64,000 nucleotides of DNA. Source: Candidatus Magasanikiibacteriota bacterium (GTDB taxonomy: Bacteria > Patescibacteriota > Patescibacteriia > Magasanikbacterales > GWA2-37-8). The stretch covers positions 61,575 to 125,574 of the forward strand of contig JAPLWQ010000002.1 of the NCBI GenBank assembly GCA_026396515.1, in the 5' to 3' direction. Below the pieces are notes generated by a model, which did no database searches, was not told the origin of the DNA, and saw nothing but the letters and a program-made list of their open reading frames with translations. The position numbers were made by a program, and so were the translations under genes. This document shows, in pieces, positions 60,401-64,000 of this stretch (positions are counted from its first letter, which is position 1; the number at the start of each line of letters is the position of its first letter).

Positions 60401-63400
60401 CTTGGTTATCTATATATAAACTGTTTGACCCGTTCTCATAAAATCCGGCGTAATTCCCAATACCAACATTGCCCGAGCCAAGAGCACTATATAAAGAATA
60501 GAAACCGAATGCCGCGTTGCTATTGCCGGTGCTGTTGGAGCGGAGCGCGTTTGTGCCTACGGCAGTGTTATAAGAACCCGAAGTATTGGAAGTCAAAGCG
60601 CTATTGCCTTGGGCATTGTTGTTCGTTCCGGTGGTGTTGCCCGACAAGGCTGCATTTCCGATGGCATTATTTCCAAAACCGGTAGTGTTATTGGTCAAAG
60701 CGCTGTTACCAAAAGCTGAGTTGGAAAAACCGGTAGTATTATTCTTAAAAGTGTCACTGCCGGCGGCCACGTTTGACGAGCCGGACATACCGGTATTTCC
60801 GGCGTTACCGAAGAAATAGTTGGCAAGTGCAGTATCACCATAAGCAAGGTTTACATTGTTGAGTTTCAGAATTGAACCGGTCGTAATATTTATATCTCCT
60901 TTCACGTCCAGAGCGTGAGATGGGGCGCTGACACCTACACCCAAATAGCCATTTGTATTATTCCAATACAAAGAACTCGAGCCGGTTATAGAAGTTGCTC
61001 CGTTCCAGAAAGCCAGCTGACCGGCAGAGCCGGAACCCATAATTGTACTGCTTGCCCCGCCAGCGGTGAACGAAAGCCATTGCGAACCGGTGTAGCCCAC
61101 AAAATCAGAGCCGTCCCAAGTAATGGTGCCGGCTGTTGAAATCGCTGTGGTGGTAGCACCAATATTTACAGCGCCGCCTACTGTCAGCATTTCATAAATT
61201 GAACTTGTTCCAACACCCACTGAACCGCCAAAATAAGACGGCGAACTCGTTGAGGAAACGATTAGCGCTCCGGTAGTATATAACCCACCATCACCAACTG
61301 AAATACTGTCTAACACCCGTAATCTCTTATCTGCCACTATTTCATCTTTAATATAAAGTTTGCCTGCGGTCAGAGAACCAAAATTCCCCGTCAGCAAATT
61401 AACACCCGGCAGAGAATATGTTTTAAGAGTGGTGCTTGTATAAGGAATATCGGCAAAACCAACATAGAGATAATTATGTACGGCGGCAAACGTCAATGGC
61501 AAATGGCCGGATCCGGTCCAAAAAGAAGATATTAAAATCGGATTAGTGGATGAAGCCACATTAGCTTGATAGATGCTTCCATCCCAACTGCTTAAAATTG
61601 CCGTAGTTCCATAAACCTTAATAAAATTAGCCGCTGAATCTGTTAGATGCATACCGCCTTCTTTGTATGCATTAGTTGGATCGGAAATATTTATAATAAC
61701 CAATTTGTCGGTACTCGTTGATGTGGTGAAAGAACCGCCGGAAGCCATATACAAATGATCTCCTGAAATATCCATAGACCAACCGCCCTCGCCTGTATCA
61801 ATAGAACTTCCTCCCACAATAAATGGATTAGTAGGATCTGAAACATCATAAATTCTAAAATGGTCGTAATTGCTGGTTTCATTGCGAGACAAGATATAAA
61901 GATAACCATTATAATATTTGACAGACCAACCAGCGTTAGCCGACCAAGTTAAACTGGTACTGTTAACAACACGAGGATTATAAGGATCGGCAATGTCAAC
62001 AATAATTAAGCCTCCTCCTCCTAGGGTTAGGATATAGGCGTATCTTCCGGAAACATCAATCGCATTACACTGACTATAAGGAGAGATGTCCAAATTTTGT
62101 CCTCCTGTAACATACGGAGTCTTTGGATTTTTAATATCCACTATTCTTAGACAATTGGCCGTAGTCGTGCTATGGAGAGTGACATAAGCATAATTTCCTT
62201 GTAGATCAATACCCTTGCCTCCGCCACCCACGGCTCCATTCGGAAAATTAGCAATGGGCCCGCTGTTTATTACCTCCGGCACGGTAGGATTTGTGATGTC
62301 TACAATTCGTAAAACAGGATCAGTCAGGGATTCATAAGTAATGGTATATAGAAAATTTCCTGAAACATCCATTGAACGCAAGGAGGAATTAAAGTCGGAA
62401 GACGAGTCAAAAAGTTCCGTTCCATTATCATTGGTTGACATACAGTTAATTCCGTCGACCGAAAAACATGGCGCAGTAATCATCCCACTACTATTTAGAG
62501 TACCCGATACAGCAACGTTTCCGGCGATCTGCAAAGCAGAAGTGGTGTCATCTGTCGCTCCGCCAATTAAAACTCGAACGGACGAGGAAGCGGTCGGATA
62601 AAGTTTTCCGCTTGCTTCTGTCCACGCTCCTCCGCCCGCTGTAAGGGATAACCAATTCGAACCATTAAAACCGATAAAGTCAGAACCGTTCCAAGCAATC
62701 GTTCCCGTTACGGAGGTCGCCGTCGTAGTAGCGCCGAGAGTGATAGCGCCGGACACGGTCAATGTGCCTGAAGGACTAAAATATCCAAGAGTGTTCAGAC
62801 TGCCCAAATCACCATTCATGAACATTATATTGCCGGTCGCCGAAGCCAGAACCAAATTTCCCTGCGCGCCGCGCTGCTGAACAAACATTGAATTCGGCAT
62901 ACCTGAATCACCGCCTGAGACTGCGAATATCCGATGTTGAGTAATATCGTTTTCAAGTGTAATAACCGGACCGGCGCCAAAATCCGAAGTGGTAGAATTT
63001 TTTACCGTCAAAACCGTATTATGTTCAGAATTATTTTCCTGAGTGAAATCATTACCTTCCATCCGATAATTACCCCTAGTGTAAATATTTCCGGTGGAAC
63101 CTTCCACACTAAATCTGGTACCGGTCGGCGATACAACAGATATGTAAAGACCGGCGGCAGTATCCTGAATATTATTTGAACCCAACTTGATTCCTTCAAA
63201 CGTGCTAAAAATCACGACATCTTCAGATGAAGTATTGGCTAGAAAAAATGCCGCGCCGATGTCACTATTGCCTTGCCGCATACCCACTACACTCACTGTA
63301 CCCATCATCGGTACTGCGACGCGCTCCAACGCAATCGTCGGATTGCCCGCCTGATCATATATAAAGAGACCTGCGCCGCTAAACCCGAATGGATCGGATG

Positions 63401-64000
63401 ACGAGGCACTGGTACGAAGGTAATTATACCCGTTATTTGAAACACTAATTTCATTTCCTGTACCAATATTATTTATTGTAAGAACGTCAGAAACGCTTGA
63501 AGCGTCTTCAATATTTAATGCAAGCGCCGATACATTCTGCCCGCTGGCGACATAGATATCCATTTTGGCAGCCGGCGTTGTCGTATTCACTCCAATATTT
63601 CCATTGGTTAATACGCGCAGCATTTCGCTTCCGCCAACTTGGCTAAGAGTAAATGATCCATTACCAGCTTGTGATAACCCCCAAGTGGAGCTTCCGATAT
63701 ATACATTATTTGCCCAGAAGTCCAACCACCTGCTGGATGATGAACCCAGAGAATACGCGCTAGTCGATCCCGGTAAAAAATCATAGGTTGATGTTCCGCC
63801 GGCAAACTGAATGGAATTAGTTGTAATATTTCCATTGTCAGTTACCTGCTGTAAATTCAAGAAACCGGAACCCGTTCCGGTCGCGGTAAGGGAAAGCCAT
63901 TCTGACCCGGTGTAACCGATAAAGTCGTTACCGTTCCAAGAGATTGTTCCAGCGGCCGAACTCGCTGTGGTGGTGGCGCCGATATTAATAGCGCCAACTA
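57315..64000 (-). CDS. Giant repetitive surface protein, 5'-partial (the frame stays open upstream of the track start 63860 to the window edge; at least 2228 aa in the window): fibre repeats plus an LVIVD-repeat beta-propeller region
   Basis: The track start is an internal TTG; upstream in frame it reads ...IGATTTASSAAGTISWNGNDFIGYTGSEWLSLTATGTGSGF-LNLQQ with no stop. LVIVD-type repeats (LRIVDITNP, LRIVDIKNP, LIIVDIADPYNP, FRIYDVSDPTNP, LVIINISDPTNA). Confidence 0.7.
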   Translation of the reverse strand, partial: VGAINIGATTTASSAAGTISWNGNDFIGYTGSEWLSLTATGTGSGFLNLQQVTDNGNITTNSIQFAGGTSTYDFLPGSTSAYSLGSSSSRWLDFWANNVYIGSSTWGLSQAGNGSFTLSQVGGSEMLRVLTNGNIGVNTTTPAAKMDIYVASGQNVSALALNIEDASSVSDVLTINNIGTGNEISVSNNGYNYLRTSASSSDPFGFSGAGLFIYDQAGNPTIALERVAVPMMGTVSVVGMRQGNSDIGAAFFLANTSSEDVVIFSTFEGIKLGSNNIQDTAAGLYISVVSPTGTRFSVEGSTGNIYTRGNYRMEGNDFTQENNSEHNTVLTVKNSTTSDFGAGPVITLENDITQHRIFAVSGGDSGMPNSMFVQQRGAQGNLVLASATGNIMFMNGDLGSLNTLGYFSPSGTLTVSGAITLGATTTATSVTGTIAWNGSDFIGFNGSNWLSLTAGGGAWTEASGKLYPTASSSVRVLIGGATDDTTSALQIAGNVAVSGTLNSSGMITAPCFSVDGINCMSTNDNGTELFDSSSDFNSSLRSMDVSGNFLYTITYESLTDPVLRIVDITNPTVPEVINSGPIANFPNGAVGGGGKGIDLQGNYAYVTLHSTTTANCLRIVDIKNPKTPYVTGGQNLDISPYSQCNAIDVSGRYAYILTLGGGGLIIVDIADPYNPRVVNSTSLTWSANAGWSVKYYNGYLYILSRNETSNYDHFRIYDVSDPTNPFIVGGSSIDTGEGGWSMDISGDHLYMASGGSFTTSTSTDKLVIINISDPTNAYKEGGMHLTDSAANFIKVYGTTAILSSWDGSIYQANVASSTNPILISSFWTGSGHLPLTFAAVHNYLYVGFADIPYTSTTLKTYSLPGVNLLTGNFGSLTAGKLYIKDEIVADKRLRVLDSISVGDGGLYTTGALIVSSTSSPSYFGGSVGVGTSSIYEMLTVGGAVNIGATTTAISTAGTITWDGSDFVGYTGSQWLSFTAGGASSTIMGSGSAGQLAFWNGATSITGSSSLYWNNTNGYLGVGVSAPSHALDVKGDINITTGSILKLNNVNLAYGDTALANYFFGNAGNTGMSGSSNVAAGSDTFKNNTTGFSNSAFGNSALTNNTTGFGNNAIGNAALSGNTTGTNNNAQGNSALTSNTSGSYNTAVGTNALRSNSTGNSNAAFGFYSLYSALGSGNVGIGNYAGFYENGSNSLYIDNQDRGSSSGDKANALIYGIFSATAAGQSITFNVGNASFGAGNITTTGGLTAGTGVLTSYLSVGTTSTHEKLTVAGGINIGATTTPTSTAGTIAFNGTDFIGYTGSQWLSLTATGTSSISGSGASGQLAYWNSTSSIAGTTSLYWDSVNSRLGIGTTTPSQRLDLVDGSGSGAIRIGNTGTGINGSMRFSTTTGDFEGYDGGAWRSLTNLASLRSEATGFPNRTDTSLSFATSTRTFTITGTNFRVYSGGSAITKSTGSVSIPNITGSYYFYYTSTGVLTSSTVAWTIASPNIPIATVYWNQNTLTGELGDERHGLTMDGLTHQYLHFTIGTRYESGLAGTFSNATGSVSSGAIWDEDVRHDISTATQFQVFFHDGATNYRFTGSQSAYYLTSGGGTLFYDNGTGTSTVSSGNYVAYWIFATNDPLTPIVSLMGQRQDTSIGNARTNNTFDTLALGNLPYAEMKVLYRVILRNIGGTVSFQETQDLRNSANIPNGSYLATAHSSLSGLSYDLSGHTGFAGTGVDNLFSATNTFSGYSYFTGLSTLSTTTISHLTVDNLSGLLRATAGVISTGTVNLASGLDITGVLAMANGGTNRNMTALAGAIAYSDADSLELTATGTAGQLLVSNGSGAPSWISTSSLGLIGSDIGGFTPGSIIFVSSSGKLAQDNSNFFWDDLNNRLGIGTTTPGYNLHVVHNEDYNGPLTTFENLNNGASSTELLQFKIGNYTGGIGIAGENFSDYGLTNLAGYTVLVSTVSPGTQGNGIALLAGSSGNIMFYTGGYGPATMDTERMRIENNGDVAIGTSSTYERLTVAGGINIGATTTPTSTAGTIAFNGTDFIGYNGSQWLSLTATGTATGTGNVYGSGSAGQLAYWDTGSSITGSSSLYWDETNGNLGIGTSTPSFPLHIVQNNDLWALNVIQNSNTGPSSTAGMRMQVGDYGGYLVAGSQNFADYGLSNLAGYMILMSGGPDVQADGLAIAATGPTGNIIFYAGTGYGPPTANTERMRVESNWHGLLRLHRFTVAVFHIRWCK

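Noticed and set aside
19792-64000. Numerous short ORFs antisense to or nested within uvrA, gyrB, the giant repeat genes and others (e.g. 20182..20574, 22910..23440, 10159..10701, 51736..53671 cluster, 59692..60441)
   Set aside because: Fully embedded in strongly supported genes on the opposite strand or in alternative frames; low-complexity translations typical of repeat DNA; no SD or promoter.

Overview
This 64-kb window comes from a small, streamlined, moderately AT-rich bacterial genome. The gene content (compact housekeeping genes, many membrane-anchored hypothetical proteins, a secE-nusG-rplK operon with no rplA after rplK, and giant repeat-rich surface proteins) fits best with a Candidate Phyla Radiation / Patescibacteria (Parcubacteria-like) organism; that placement is inference. 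By protein motif I recognise ksgA/rsmA, prfB, a short speA-like decarboxylase, a SEDS FtsW/RodA, gyrB, secE, nusG, rplK, queA, mltG, gmk, rplS, uvrA, secG, RNase J, miaA, miaB and thrS. I find two tRNAs (Ile-UAU, Leu-CAG), an unannotated type-A RNase P RNA on the minus strand at ~32.32-32.74 kb, and a T-box leader in front of thrS. There is a cell-surface glycan locus (WbaP-like sugar transferase, three GT4 glycosyltransferases, a DUF4012-like protein with a CCHC zinc knuckle, and a repeat-domain membrane protein), and a Cys-rich pilin-like secreted protein next to a DsbA. The strongest candidates for something new are: (i) more than 14 kb of giant, internally repetitive fibre / beta-propeller surface-protein coding sequence (50.4 kb to the window edge), split into three ORFs by two 100%-identical 141-nt blocks that each shift the frame by +1; (ii) a GC-anomalous two-gene cassette (44.6-45.8 kb) with its own terminator, sitting beside a perfect palindromic operator that carries divergent TTGACA boxes and controls a three-gene operon of acidic hypothetical proteins. 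All coordinates come from hand counting anchored on the ORF track and may be off by 1-2 nt.
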